Origin: Pseudomonadota bacterium
GTDB taxonomy: Bacteria > Pseudomonadota > Alphaproteobacteria > Sphingomonadales > Sphingomonadaceae
Direction of reading: 5' to 3'
DNA: 64,000 nt
Assembly: GCA_040384525.1 (NCBI GenBank)
Contig: JAZKJE010000005.1
Span: forward strand, 134,541 to 198,540
Shown here: positions 17,236 to 26,591 of the stretch, in pieces
How the letters are laid out: each line of letters opens with the position of its first letter
Position numbering within the stretch: the first letter of the stretch is position 1
Made by a program: the position numbers and the translations under genes
The notes under the pieces: model-generated
Databases searched by the model: none
The model's input: the letters and a program-made list of their open reading frames with translations, nothing else
What the model was told of the DNA's origin: nothing

Positions 17236-19956
17236 GTGACCCCTTCGCTCCCCTATCCCGCTTTGCACGCAAGCCATGGTGGTGTCTGGGTTGCGACCGC
17301 AGAGGAGACGCGGGCGGTAAGCCGAGGGGAGGCGATCCGGATCGCGGCAGATACGCCGGTGATCCTGCTCAATGCGCCGTTGATCGGGCAGAGGCTCGGC
17401 CATCCTGAGCTCAATGGCCTGGATTTGCTGGAGCTATTTTCCTTCCTGCGGCCGGCGCGCTTCATGGTGCCGACGCCCAAGGGGCTGGCGCGGGTGGCGG
17501 GGCTGGAGGCTCCGGTGGAGGATTCCGAGATCGCGGCATTCCTGCGCCGGGCAGCGGAGGCTTTGCTGGCCACGCCGAAGGGGGATTGGGCGGAGCGCGA
17601 GGGCGCATGGACCAGCGTGCAATCGCTGTTCCGGTTGCGCTGGCCGTGGGCGCCGGTGGTGAGCCAGATCGTGGCGAAGCCGCTTGAGCATGAGCGCTGG
17701 TTGTTCTCGAAACTGCCCGAATGGGAGGAGAGAGCGCCGCGTCCTTCGCCGCGAACGGTGACATTGAGCGATGCGGAGGTGGCCGAGCGACTCGCGACGC
17801 TTACCGGCCAGGGCGCCGAGCGCCGACAGGGCCAGCGCGACTTTGCGGCGGCTGCGGCGGGTGCGTTCGCGCCGCGCGACATGCGCGATTCTCCCAATCT
17901 GGTGCTGGCCGAAGCCGGAACCGGCATCGGCAAGACGCTCGGCTATCTCGCGCCGGCATCGCTCTGGGCGCGCCAAGCCGAAGGGGCGGTATGGGTTTCG
18001 ACCTTTACCAAGGCGCTGCAACGCCAGCTTGCGCTCGAAAGCGAGCGGCTGTTCCCGGATGAGGCGACTCGCAAGGCGCGCATCGTCACGCGCAAGGGCC
18101 GTGAGAATTACGTGTGCCTGCTCAATCTGGAGGACGCGCTGCAGGGCGGCTTTGCCGGGCGCGCGGCGATCCTTGCGCAATTGGTGGCACGCTGGGCGGC
18201 CTATACCCAGGATGGCGACATGATCGGCGGGGATCTGCCCGGCTGGTTGCCCACGCTTTTCCGCCGCAATGGGTCGACGGCGTTGACCGATCGGCGCGGC
18301 GAATGCATCTATGCCGGCTGCCCGCATTACCGGAAATGCTTCATCGAGCGCGCGGCGCGAGCGAGCGCCGAGGCCGATATCGTCATCGCCAATCATGCTT
18401 TGGTGATGGTCAACGCGGCGCGCGGGCGCGAAGCCGCCAATCGCCCGACGCGTTACGTGTTCGACGAGGGCCATCATCTGTTCGACGCAGCGGACGCGAT
18501 GTTCTCGGCGGCGCTTACCGGGCAGGAAGCGATCGAGATTCGCCGCTGGGTCACAGGCCCCGAATCGGGTGCGCGCGGACGGCGGCGTGGTCTCGCGGCG
18601 CGGCTCTCGGATGTCGCGAGCTATGACGAGGAAGGTGGCCGGGCGATTGGCGAAGCGGTCGAAGCCGCGCATGCCTTGCCGAGCGATGGCTGGCTCCAGC
18701 GGCTGAACGAAGGCGATCCGTTTGGGCCGGTCGAGCGTCTCCTCGCGGCGGTGCGTGGCCTGGTTTATGCCCGCGACACCAATGGTTCGGCGGACGCCGG
18801 CTATGGGTTGGAGACCGAGCTGGCCGAGCCCGATCCGGCTCTGGTCGAAGCGGCGGGCCCGGCGGCGGTGGCGCTCGATGCACTGATGCGGCCCTTGGTC
18901 ACGCTTGGTAGACGACTCGAAGCGGTGCTTGCGGAGGCGCCGGACTGGATGGACGGCCCCGCCCGTGCGCGAATCGAAGGCGCCATCGCCTCGCTCGGCT
19001 GGCGCACCGATACGGTGGGCGCGTGGCTGGCGCTGATCGCGCGAATCGGTGGGCCGGCCGATGCGGAATATGTCGATTGGCTTGCAATCGATCGCGTCGA
19101 GGGGCGCGAATATGATGTCGGGCTGCACCGCCATTGGCTCGACCCGAGCAAACCCTTTGCAAAGACGGTGCTGGAGCCCGCACACGGTGCGCTCGTCACC
19201 TCGGCGACTTTGCGCGCAGGCGGCGATTGGGATGTGGCCGAAGCACGTACCGGTGCATCGCACCTGCAGCGCGCGGCGCAACGGTTCGAAGCGGTCAGCC
19301 CGTTCGACTATCAGGCGCAGGCAGAAGTGCTGATCGTCACCGATGTGAAGCGCGGCGATCTGCCCGCGCTCGCCAATGCCTATGCGCGGCTGATCGTGGC
19401 GGCAGAGGGCGGCACGCTCGGGCTGTTCACCGCGATTCGCCGATTGCGCGCGGTCCATGCGCGGATCGCGGACCGGTTGGCGCGCGAGGGGCTGCCTTTG
19501 CTCGCCCAGCATGTCGATCCGATCGATACCGGTACGCTGGTGGACATCTTCCGGGACGATCCGCGGACCTCACTCATTGGCACCGACGCGCTGCGCGACG
19601 GAGTTGATGTACCGGGTCATTCGCTGCGGCTGGTGGTGATGGAGGGGGTGCCGTGGCCCAAGCCGACCGTGCTCCATTCGGCGCGAAGGCTGGCGGGCGG
19701 CGGCACAGCGTTCGACGACCGGATCGTGCGGGCGCGGCTGGCCCAGGCATTCGGCCGGTTGATTCGTCGTGCGGACGATCGTGGCACCTTTGTTTTGCTC
19801 TCTGCTGCCAGCCCGACGCGGCTTCTCGATGCCTTTCCGCCAGGCACCCCGGTGTCGCGGGTCACGCTCGATGAAGCCGTCGAGCGGGTTCGTCTTTCCT
19901 TGGACACACGCTTGCGGCATGAGGCCCCGGCAGAAGCCGCAATCGGACGCCCATGA
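17236..19956 (+). CDS. DinG/XPD-family ATP-dependent DNA helicase with N-terminal extension
   Basis: GTG at 17236; the upstream part of ORF 16984 overlaps lysK. Walker A is AEAGTGIGKT and the DEAH-like box is VFDEGHHL. Fe-S cysteines are present (YVCLLN, GECIYAGCPHYRKC). Confidence 0.85.
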   Translation: MTPSLPYPALHASHGGVWVATAEETRAVSRGEAIRIAADTPVILLNAPLIGQRLGHPELNGLDLLELFSFLRPARFMVPTPKGLARVAGLEAPVEDSEIAAFLRRAAEALLATPKGDWAEREGAWTSVQSLFRLRWPWAPVVSQIVAKPLEHERWLFSKLPEWEERAPRPSPRTVTLSDAEVAERLATLTGQGAERRQGQRDFAAAAAGAFAPRDMRDSPNLVLAEAGTGIGKTLGYLAPASLWARQAEGAVWVSTFTKALQRQLALESERLFPDEATRKARIVTRKGRENYVCLLNLEDALQGGFAGRAAILAQLVARWAAYTQDGDMIGGDLPGWLPTLFRRNGSTALTDRRGECIYAGCPHYRKCFIERAARASAEADIVIANHALVMVNAARGREAANRPTRYVFDEGHHLFDAADAMFSAALTGQEAIEIRRWVTGPESGARGRRRGLAARLSDVASYDEEGGRAIGEAVEAAHALPSDGWLQRLNEGDPFGPVERLLAAVRGLVYARDTNGSADAGYGLETELAEPDPALVEAAGPAAVALDALMRPLVTLGRRLEAVLAEAPDWMDGPARARIEGAIASLGWRTDTVGAWLALIARIGGPADAEYVDWLAIDRVEGREYDVGLHRHWLDPSKPFAKTVLEPAHGALVTSATLRAGGDWDVAEARTGASHLQRAAQRFEAVSPFDYQAQAEVLIVTDVKRGDLPALANAYARLIVAAEGGTLGLFTAIRRLRAVHARIADRLAREGLPLLAQHVDPIDTGTLVDIFRDDPRTSLIGTDALRDGVDVPGHSLRLVVMEGVPWPKPTVLHSARRLAGGGTAFDDRIVRARLAQAFGRLIRRADDRGTFVLLSAASPTRLLDAFPPGTPVSRVTLDEAVERVRLSLDTRLRHEAPAEAAIGRP

Positions 19957-20492
19957 AGACGCTCACTTTGCTCCGCCATGCCAAATCGGGCTGGGACGAT
20001 CCCGTCTCGCGCGATTTCGATCGGCCGCTCAATCCCAAGGGCCAGCGCGCCGCGGCGATGATGGGGCGGCATATGCGCTCTCTCGGGCTCGAATTTGATC
20101 ATGTTGCGGCCTCGCCCGCCGTGCGCGTCAAGGAAACGCTCGAGCATGTCGCCACCGGCTATGGCAGCGATCTCGCGCCCGCCTGGGATCAGCGGATGTA
20201 TCTGGCCTCTGCGGCGACCCTGCTCGATCTGGTCCGCGAGCTTCCCGAAGGCGCCGATCGCGTGCTGTTCACCGGCCATAATCCTGGACTCGAGGAATTG
20301 GTGCTGTTGCTCGTCCCTGACGATCGCAATCCGGCCCGCGACGATGTCGAGATCAAATTCCCCACCGCGAGCCTCGCCGAGATGCGCTTCGATGTGGATG
20401 CCTGGGAAAAAGTATCGCCGCACAAGGGCGATCTGGTGCGCTTTGTCCGACCGCGCGATCTGGATTCGAGCCTGGGGCCGGACGCGGCCTAG
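19953..20492 (+). CDS. histidine phosphatase family protein (SixA-like)
   Basis: MKTLTLLRHAKSGWD shows the RHG-type motif. 179 aa. ATG overlaps the helicase stop (ATGA). Confidence 0.8.
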   Translation: MKTLTLLRHAKSGWDDPVSRDFDRPLNPKGQRAAAMMGRHMRSLGLEFDHVAASPAVRVKETLEHVATGYGSDLAPAWDQRMYLASAATLLDLVRELPEGADRVLFTGHNPGLEELVLLLVPDDRNPARDDVEIKFPTASLAEMRFDVDAWEKVSPHKGDLVRFVRPRDLDSSLGPDAA

Positions 20493-20839
20493 CCTGCGTC
20501 TTCGTCGAGCGCTTTCACCAGCGAATCCCGGATCGCCCGGAATTCCTCGGCACTGCCTCCGCTTGATTTGGCAGCGGCGGCGCGACTGCCTTTTTCTTCG
20601 GCGAGCAATTTCTGGACGCCGCGGATTGTATAGCCCTGGTTCGAGAGCAGATCGTGGATGCGATGCACCAGAGCGACATCATCGGGGCGATAATAACGGC
20701 GGTTGCCGGCGCGCGTGAGCGGGCGGAGTTGGGGAAACCGGGTTTCCCAATATCTTAGAATATGTTGCGGGCGCCCAATTTCCTGGGCCAGTTCGCCGAT
20801 GGTGCGTAGAGCGCCAGCGGCCTTTGCGGACGCCGGCAT
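20489..20839 (-). CDS. MerR family transcriptional regulator
   Basis: The helix-turn-helix region RTIGELAQEIGRPQHILRYWETRFPQLRPLTRAGNRRYYRPDDV is typical of MerR. It lies downstream of ihfA, as in many alphaproteobacteria. Confidence 0.85.
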   Translation of the reverse strand: MPASAKAAGALRTIGELAQEIGRPQHILRYWETRFPQLRPLTRAGNRRYYRPDDVALVHRIHDLLSNQGYTIRGVQKLLAEEKGSRAAAAKSSGGSAEEFRAIRDSLVKALDEDAG

Positions 20840-20850
20840 GTTAGCGGCGC

Positions 20851-21150
20851 TCAGCCGGCCGAGACGATGCGGTCACGCATCATCTGGCTGGCACGGAAGG
20901 TGAGCACCCGGCGCGGCGCAATCGGCACCTCGACCCCGGTCTTGGGATTGCGACCGACGCGTTCACCCTTGTCGCGAAGGATGAAGCTGCCAAAGCCGGA
21001 AATCTTGACGTTTTCGCCCTTCGACAGACCTTCGCACATATGGCCGAGAATCTGTTCTACCAGACGTGCGGCGTCCGCGCGCGAGAGACCCACTTCGCGA
21101 TGGAGCGACTCTGCCAGATCGGCCCTTGTCAGCGTACCCGCAGCCGACAT
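20851..21150 (-). CDS. ihfA: integration host factor alpha subunit
   Basis: ATG at 21150. [32 protein letters not shown]...[31 protein letters not shown] is canonical IHF/HU. Confidence 0.92.
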   Translation of the reverse strand: MSAAGTLTRADLAESLHREVGLSRADAARLVEQILGHMCEGLSKGENVKISGFGSFILRDKGERVGRNPKTGVEVPIAPRRVLTFRASQMMRDRIVSAG

Positions 21151-21265
21151 CGTCGCGCATCCCCCAAAAGTTGATCTATATTGCCAGTTGCCTAGCAGAT
21201 GTTCTGCACCCAGCAAACGGGAACATTACGGAACGGAAACAATTATTGCGTTTTTGTGCAATCGT

Positions 21266-22234
21266 TCAAAATCGAACTACTGCCGCGCCCCAGGTAAATC
21301 CACCGCCCATCGCCTCCAGCACAATCAGATCGCCTTGCTTGATCCGGCCATCCAGCACCGCAGTATCGAGCGCTAAAGGAACCGATGCTGCCGAAGTATT
21401 CGCGTGTTGATCGACAGTTACAATGACTTTCTCAGGCGGAAGCCCAAGCTTGCGCGCAGTTGCGTCAAGGATTCGAGCATTGGCCTGATGCGGCACGACC
21501 CAGTCCACCTGGGCCGATTTGAGCCCGGCGACGGCCAGCGTTTCCTCCATCACCGCGGCGAGGTTCACGACCGCGTGACGGAAGACCTCACGGCCCTTCA
21601 TGCGCAATTTGCCGACTGTACCGGTCGTTGACGGTCCACCATCGACATACAGAAGTTCGTTATGGCGCCCATCGGCATGGAGGCGAGTCGCAAGGATGCC
21701 GCGCCCCGATTCGGTCTCGCTCTCCTGCGCATCGAGCACGATCGCGCCCGCACCATCGCCAAACAGCACGCAGGTGGTGCGGTCTTCCCAGTCCAGGATG
21801 CGGCTGAAAGTCTCTGCGCCGATCACCAGGGCGCGCTTTGCAGCCCCGGCGCGGATCATCGAATCGGCAACCTGGAGCGCATAGAGGAAACCAGAGCACA
21901 CAGCGGCCACGTCGAATGCGACGCAATCGTTGATGCCGAGCGCTGCCTGCACCTTGGTGGCGGTGGCCGGGAAGGTCTGGTCGGGCGTCGCGGTGGCGAG
22001 GACTATCAGGTCGATACTGTCGGCTTCGACGCCGGCCGCTGCCAGCGCTGCCTTGCAAGCGCCGGTCGCGAGCGTGCCCGTGGTTTCATCAGGTGCGGCG
22101 ATATGGCGGAAGCGGATGCCGGTGCGTTCGACGATCCACTCGTCGGTCGTGTCGACTTCCTCGGCAAGCTGCGCGTTCGAAACGCGGCGGGCGGGAAGCT
22201 GCGAACCGGTGCCGATAATTACCGAACGAATCAT
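21266..22234 (-). CDS. fabH: beta-ketoacyl-ACP synthase III
   Basis: 322 aa. [24 protein letters not shown]...[15 protein letters not shown], with the active-site region [11 protein letters not shown]. Confidence 0.95.
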   Translation of the reverse strand: MIRSVIIGTGSQLPARRVSNAQLAEEVDTTDEWIVERTGIRFRHIAAPDETTGTLATGACKAALAAAGVEADSIDLIVLATATPDQTFPATATKVQAALGINDCVAFDVAAVCSGFLYALQVADSMIRAGAAKRALVIGAETFSRILDWEDRTTCVLFGDGAGAIVLDAQESETESGRGILATRLHADGRHNELLYVDGGPSTTGTVGKLRMKGREVFRHAVVNLAAVMEETLAVAGLKSAQVDWVVPHQANARILDATARKLGLPPEKVIVTVDQHANTSAASVPLALDTAVLDGRIKQGDLIVLEAMGGGFTWGAAVVRF

Positions 22235-23262
22235 GCTGCCTTCGCTTCGAAATTGCCGAGGTCTTCGGCAATGCGCCGGTTGAGATCGTCGCGGAGCATC
22301 TTGGCGGCGAACCCGATTGCGGTGTCCACGCCCAGCTCATTGGCGCTGCCATGGCTCTTCACGACAATGCCGTTAAGGCCCAGGAACACTGCGCCATTGT
22401 GATTATTGGGGTCGAGATGGTGGCGCAGCAGCTCGGTGGCGGGGCGAGAGATCAGGAAGCCGATCTTCGACCGCGTCGAGCTGGAGAATGCGCGCTTGAG
22501 CAGATCGGCAACGAAGCGCGCAGTGCCCTCGATCGTCTTGAGGGCGATATTGCCCGAAAAACCGTCGCACACGATCACGTCCACATCGCCGCGCGAGAGC
22601 TTGTTGCCCTCGATAAAGCCCTTGAAATCGATCCGCAGATGATCGGCGGCGCGCAAAATGGTCGCGGCGTCGCGGATGTTCTGGTTGCCCTTCATTTCCT
22701 CGGTGCCGATGTTGAGCAGCGCGACTCGCGGGTTCGCCAGATCGAGCGCGGTGCGCGCATAGGCTGCACCCATCACTGCGAACTGGACGAGATTGCGGGC
22801 ATCGACTTCGGTGTTGGCACCCAGATCGAGCATCACCGTGTCGTTTTCGCCAAGGCTCGGCAGCAAAGCGGCGAGCGCGGGGCGATCGATACCGGGCATG
22901 GTGCGCAGCGAAAGCTTGGCCATCGCCATCAGCGCGCCAGTGTTTCCGGAGGAAACGGCGGCGCCTGCGCGGCCTTGCTTGACCAGGTCGATGGCGACTC
23001 CCATCGACGTCGTCTTGGCACGACGAAGCGCCGCGCCCGGCTTCTCGTCCGCGGTCACCACTTCGGGTGCATGGACGATTTCCGACGCGGCGGTCAGGTT
23101 CGGATGGGTTTTCAGACCCTCGCGGATCTGCGCTTCGTCGCCGACGAGGATGAATTCCATCCCCTCGAATCGGCGGCGTGCACGCGCGACGCCCGCGAGC
23201 ATGACATGGATCCCCTCGTCTCCGCCCATCGCGTCGACGGCGATCCGAGAGGGATTAGTCAT
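22231..23262 (-). CDS. plsX: phosphate acyltransferase
   Basis: ATG at 23262 ([17 protein letters not shown]). The stop overlaps the fabH start. Part of the rpmF-plsX-fabH operon. Confidence 0.93.
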   Translation of the reverse strand: MTNPSRIAVDAMGGDEGIHVMLAGVARARRRFEGMEFILVGDEAQIREGLKTHPNLTAASEIVHAPEVVTADEKPGAALRRAKTTSMGVAIDLVKQGRAGAAVSSGNTGALMAMAKLSLRTMPGIDRPALAALLPSLGENDTVMLDLGANTEVDARNLVQFAVMGAAYARTALDLANPRVALLNIGTEEMKGNQNIRDAATILRAADHLRIDFKGFIEGNKLSRGDVDVIVCDGFSGNIALKTIEGTARFVADLLKRAFSSSTRSKIGFLISRPATELLRHHLDPNNHNGAVFLGLNGIVVKSHGSANELGVDTAIGFAAKMLRDDLNRRIAEDLGNFEAKAA

Positions 23263-23287
23263 GCAGGCCGGCCCCGTATTGCGTAGC

Positions 23288-23464
23288 TCAGCCCTCGGCC
23301 GTGATCTCACGACCATTATAATGGCCGCAGGCGGTGCAGAGGTTGTGGGGACGCTTCAGCTCGCCGCAGTTCGGGCATTCCTGGAACGCAGCGACCGTGA
23401 GCGAATCGTGCGACCGGCGCATGCCGCGCTTCGACGGCGTGGTCTTTCTCTTGGGGACGGCCAT
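23288..23464 (-). CDS. rpmF: 50S ribosomal protein L32
   Basis: Below the ORF-track length cutoff. My own translation gives [58 protein letters not shown] (58 aa), a canonical L32 with a CxxC...CxxC knuckle. Confidence 0.9.
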   Translation of the reverse strand: MAVPKRKTTPSKRGMRRSHDSLTVAAFQECPNCGELKRPHNLCTACGHYNGREITAEG

Positions 23465-23652
23465 TTCGGCACCTTTTCACGTACAAATAGAATCAAATCG
23501 CGATACGCCCGCATGGACTTCCGGGCAAGCGAGAGGAGTACCTCGCGCCCGCCGGACCGGCGGACTGGTCACGAAGCGAGCCGCGCCTATACCGATTCTT
23601 GCCGGAGTTGCAAGGCGGTGTAGGGTGCGCGCACTCAAGAGGGGACCATATA

Positions 23653-24042
23653 ATGTTTCTGTTGCCAATATCGCTGACCACCGCCGCGGCCGCTGGATTG
23701 CTCAACTTCTGGCTCGGCTATCGCGTCGGGCAGGTGCGCGGTGCCGAGAAGATTTCGATTGGCGATGGCGGTAACCTGCGACTGATCGCCCGGATGCGCG
23801 CGCAGCTCAATTTCGCTGAATACACCCCGATCGTGCTGATCCTGCTGGCGCTGGTCGAACTGGCGCGCGGTGGCAGCATCTATTTGTGGGTCATTGCGAT
23901 GCTCTTCATTGTCGGCCGCGTCCTGCACGCGTTCGGCATGGACGGCTGGATGCTGGGCCGTGCGATCGGCATCGGCTCGACCATGCTCATCACGCTCGGC
24001 CTGGCCGTCTATGCAGCCTTGCTCGCGTATAAAATCTTCTAA
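23653..24042 (+). CDS. MAPEG family membrane protein
   Basis: ATG at 23653 (MFLLPISLTTAAAAGLLNFWLGYRVGQVR...NFAEYTPIVLILLALVE). Small protein with 3-4 transmembrane helices. Confidence 0.7.
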   Translation: MFLLPISLTTAAAAGLLNFWLGYRVGQVRGAEKISIGDGGNLRLIARMRAQLNFAEYTPIVLILLALVELARGGSIYLWVIAMLFIVGRVLHAFGMDGWMLGRAIGIGSTMLITLGLAVYAALLAYKIF

Positions 24043-24053
24043 GGCGGCAATTC

Positions 24054-24078
24054 GGCCCCTCCCGCGCGGGGAGGGGCC
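24054..24078. terminator. GC-rich hairpin between convergent genes (no clear U tract)
   Basis: GGCCCCTCCC-gcgcg-GGGAGGGGCC: a 10-bp perfect stem between the MAPEG stop (24042) and the cyclophilin stop (24089). Confidence 0.4.
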
Positions 24079-24088
24079 GGTAGCTCGC

Positions 24089-24541
24089 TTATTCTGCGGT
24101 TGCCTTGATGATCTTGCCGGGGTTGCGCGGCGGCTCGCCTTTGGGGAGCGCGTCGACAGCGTCCATGCCGTCGGTCACTTCGCCCCATGCGGTGTACTGG
24201 CGATCGAGGAACGTCGCATCGTCGAGGCAGATGAAGAATTGCGAATTGGCGGTGTTCGGATCCATCGTCCGCGCCATCGAGCAAACGCCGCGCACATGCG
24301 GCTCGCTGTTGAATTCGGCCTTCAGGTTCGGCTTGTCCGAGCCCGACATGCCGGTGCCCGTGGGATCGCCGCCCTGTGCCATGAAGCCGTCGATCACGCG
24401 GTGGAAGATCACGCCGTCGTAAAAGCCTTCATTGGCGAGCGTGCCGATGCGCTCGACATGGGCCGGGGCGAGATCGGGGCGAAGCTTGATCGTCACTTCG
24501 CCAGTGTCGAGCGTGAGGTTGAGCTTGGTGAATTCAGTCAC
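24089..24541 (-). CDS. peptidylprolyl isomerase (cyclophilin type)
   Basis: GTG at 24541 is preceded by AGGAGA. FHRVIDGFMAQGGDPTGTG and SMARTMDPNTANSQFFI are cyclophilin signatures. Confidence 0.92.
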   Translation of the reverse strand: MTEFTKLNLTLDTGEVTIKLRPDLAPAHVERIGTLANEGFYDGVIFHRVIDGFMAQGGDPTGTGMSGSDKPNLKAEFNSEPHVRGVCSMARTMDPNTANSQFFICLDDATFLDRQYTAWGEVTDGMDAVDALPKGEPPRNPGKIIKATAE

Positions 24542-24652
24542 GGGGGGTCTCCTGTAATGTTGGCGCGCAGGTAAGCGCGCGGGACCCGACTTGCAAATCA
24601 TGGGTTAGGGTGGCAGCGGCGGGAGCGGACGCCAGCTTAGGGAGGTCGGACA

Positions 24653-26056
24653 ATGAGCGAGACCGAACTGCACGACTTGCCGTCTGCGCCCGAGAGCGAA
24701 CTCGACGAAGACGATCGCCTGAAGCCCGCCTTCGTCAGCGCGGTGCTCGAAGCCGTCGAATCGGGGGATTTTGCCACCGCGCATGCGCTGGTCGAGCCGC
24801 TCCACCCCGCCGACATCGCCGATCTGGTCGAGCTTGCGCCGTCCGAGGATCGCCGCGCTTTGGTCGCCGCCATTGCCGATCTGATCGACGGCGACGTGCT
24901 GGCGGAGATGAACGATCACGTCCGCGAAGTGCTGATCGATGCACTCACCGCGGCGCAGGTGGCCGATCTCGCCTCCGAACTCGATACCGACGATGCCGTC
25001 GCGATCATCGAGGATATGGAGCCCGAGGATCAGCGCGAGGTTCTGAAGGCTCTCGATCCGGACGACCGCGCCGCGATCGAGGAAGCGCTCTCTTACGGCG
25101 AGGAAACCGCCGGCCGCCTGATGCAGCGCGAGCTGATTGCGGTGCCCGAACATTGGTCGGTCGGCGACGTGCTCGATTTCCTGCGCGGCGAAGAAGAACT
25201 GCCCACCGATTTCTGGGAAATCTTCGTCGTCGATCCCATGCACAAGCCCGTGGGCACCTGTGCGCTTTCATGGATTCTGCGCACCCCGCGCGTGGTCAAG
25301 ATGGCTGACGTCATGAAGCGCGAGCAAACGCTGATTCCGGTCGATATGGATCAGGAAGAGGTGGCGCTGCGCTTCCAGAAATATGCGCTGATTTCCGCTG
25401 CCGTGGTCGATCCCAGCGGGCGCCTTGTGGGCCAGATCACCGTCGATGACGTTGTCCACATCATCTCCGAAGAGGCGGGCGAGGACGCGCTGTTGCTTTC
25501 GGGTGCGGGCGATGGCGACATCAACGAGCCGATTCTCGACAGCTATAAAGCGCGCGTGCGCTGGCTGATCGCCAATCTGGGCACCGCATTGGTCGCGGCG
25601 ACGATCATCACCCTGTTCGAAGGCACGATCAGCAAGATGGTGGCGCTTGCCGCCCTGATGCCGATCGTCGCTGGCGTGGGCGGCAATGCCGGCACCCAGA
25701 CCATGGCAGTAACGGTGCGCGCGCTCGCGATGAACCAGCTGACCCAGTCGAACACCTGGCGCGCGGTGCAGCGCGAGATTACGATCGCCTTGTTCAACGG
25801 TCTGACGATCGCACTGGTGATCGGTACGGCAGTGGGCCTGTTCTATGGGCATCCGATGCTCGGCGGAGTGATTGCCGCGGCCATGCTCGCCAATATTCTG
25901 ATTGCCGGCCTTGCGGGGGTGATCGTCCCGCTGACGCTCGACCGGTTCGATGCCGATCCTGCGGTTGCGTCCTCGGTATTCGTGACGATGGTCACGGATT
26001 CGATGGGGTTCCTGGTGTTCCTGGGTTTGGCGACGATGAGCGGCATGGTCGGTTGA
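24653..26056 (+). CDS. mgtE: magnesium transporter MgtE
   Basis: 467 aa with an N-terminal acidic domain, CBS pairs, and the C-terminal membrane domain PIVAGVGGNAGTQT. Confidence 0.95.
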   Translation: MSETELHDLPSAPESELDEDDRLKPAFVSAVLEAVESGDFATAHALVEPLHPADIADLVELAPSEDRRALVAAIADLIDGDVLAEMNDHVREVLIDALTAAQVADLASELDTDDAVAIIEDMEPEDQREVLKALDPDDRAAIEEALSYGEETAGRLMQRELIAVPEHWSVGDVLDFLRGEEELPTDFWEIFVVDPMHKPVGTCALSWILRTPRVVKMADVMKREQTLIPVDMDQEEVALRFQKYALISAAVVDPSGRLVGQITVDDVVHIISEEAGEDALLLSGAGDGDINEPILDSYKARVRWLIANLGTALVAATIITLFEGTISKMVALAALMPIVAGVGGNAGTQTMAVTVRALAMNQLTQSNTWRAVQREITIALFNGLTIALVIGTAVGLFYGHPMLGGVIAAAMLANILIAGLAGVIVPLTLDRFDADPAVASSVFVTMVTDSMGFLVFLGLATMSGMVG

Positions 26057-26081
26057 TCGGGGGCCACCGCGCACCCAGATA

Positions 26082-26486
26082 GTGCACGTGCCGCTTAACC
26101 TCACCAAAGTCGCCTTCGGGTGCGAATCAACAGATATGCTCGTCCAGCGCCTCGCCAGCCGTGGCGGTCCATGGGCGTTGACGACGCGCTATCTGCCGAA
26201 GCGGCACGAAGAGATTATCAGCGGCGGATCCCTGTTCTGGATCGTCAAACACCAATTGGTCGGCCGCACGCCGATCATCGGCTTTGGCGACGCCGAAGGT
26301 GGCCGAGTCGCGATCCAGATGGAGCCGCGCCTGATCCTGGTCCACCCAAACCCCAAGCGCGCGCATCAGGGCTGGCGCTATCTGGAAGGCGACAGCGCCC
26401 CGCGCGATCTGGGCGAAGGCGGCAATGGTGCTGAGGAATTGCCGCCCGCATTGTTGGGTGAACTGGCGGCGATGGGGCTGGTCTAG
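26082..26486 (+). CDS. DUF1489 family protein
   Basis: 134 aa. LNLTKVAFGCESTDML...GGSLFWIVKHQLVGR resembles the conserved alphaproteobacterial DUF1489 family (from memory). GTG start. Confidence 0.65.
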   Translation: MHVPLNLTKVAFGCESTDMLVQRLASRGGPWALTTRYLPKRHEEIISGGSLFWIVKHQLVGRTPIIGFGDAEGGRVAIQMEPRLILVHPNPKRAHQGWRYLEGDSAPRDLGEGGNGAEELPPALLGELAAMGLV

Positions 26487-26591
26487 CCTGTTTCGTCATC
26501 CCGGACCTGATCCGGTAACCAGGGTTGCTCAGCCCTTCGCTCCATCACACTGGTTCCCGGCCCGCGCCGGGATAACGGCTTGGGGAAGCCG

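Noticed and set aside
15425-17239. 604-aa plus-strand ORF. Similar very long ORFs occur at 17434-19512, 9653-10960, 11955-13127, 34552-36111, 38156-39718, 43955-45385 and 52171-53475.
   Set aside because: Each lies antisense, or out of frame, to a gene with clear family motifs (lysK, helicase, sucC, etfA/MFS, MFS, gltB, gltD, argH). Their translations are Arg/Ala/Gly/Pro-rich and low in complexity. In a high-GC3 genome, stop codons are rare on the opposite strand, so these are shadow ORFs.
21219-21266. Cluster of GGAAC/GAAC repeats (GGGAACATTACGGAACGGAAAC), considered as an EcfG -35 element or a LexA GAAC-N7-GAAC box.
   Set aside because: GAAC-to-GAAC spacing is 6, not 7. Distances from the GGAAC elements to the nearest CGTT are 14, 22, 24 or 28 nt, not 16-17. 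The plus-strand orientation points into the 3' end of the minus-strand fabH gene.
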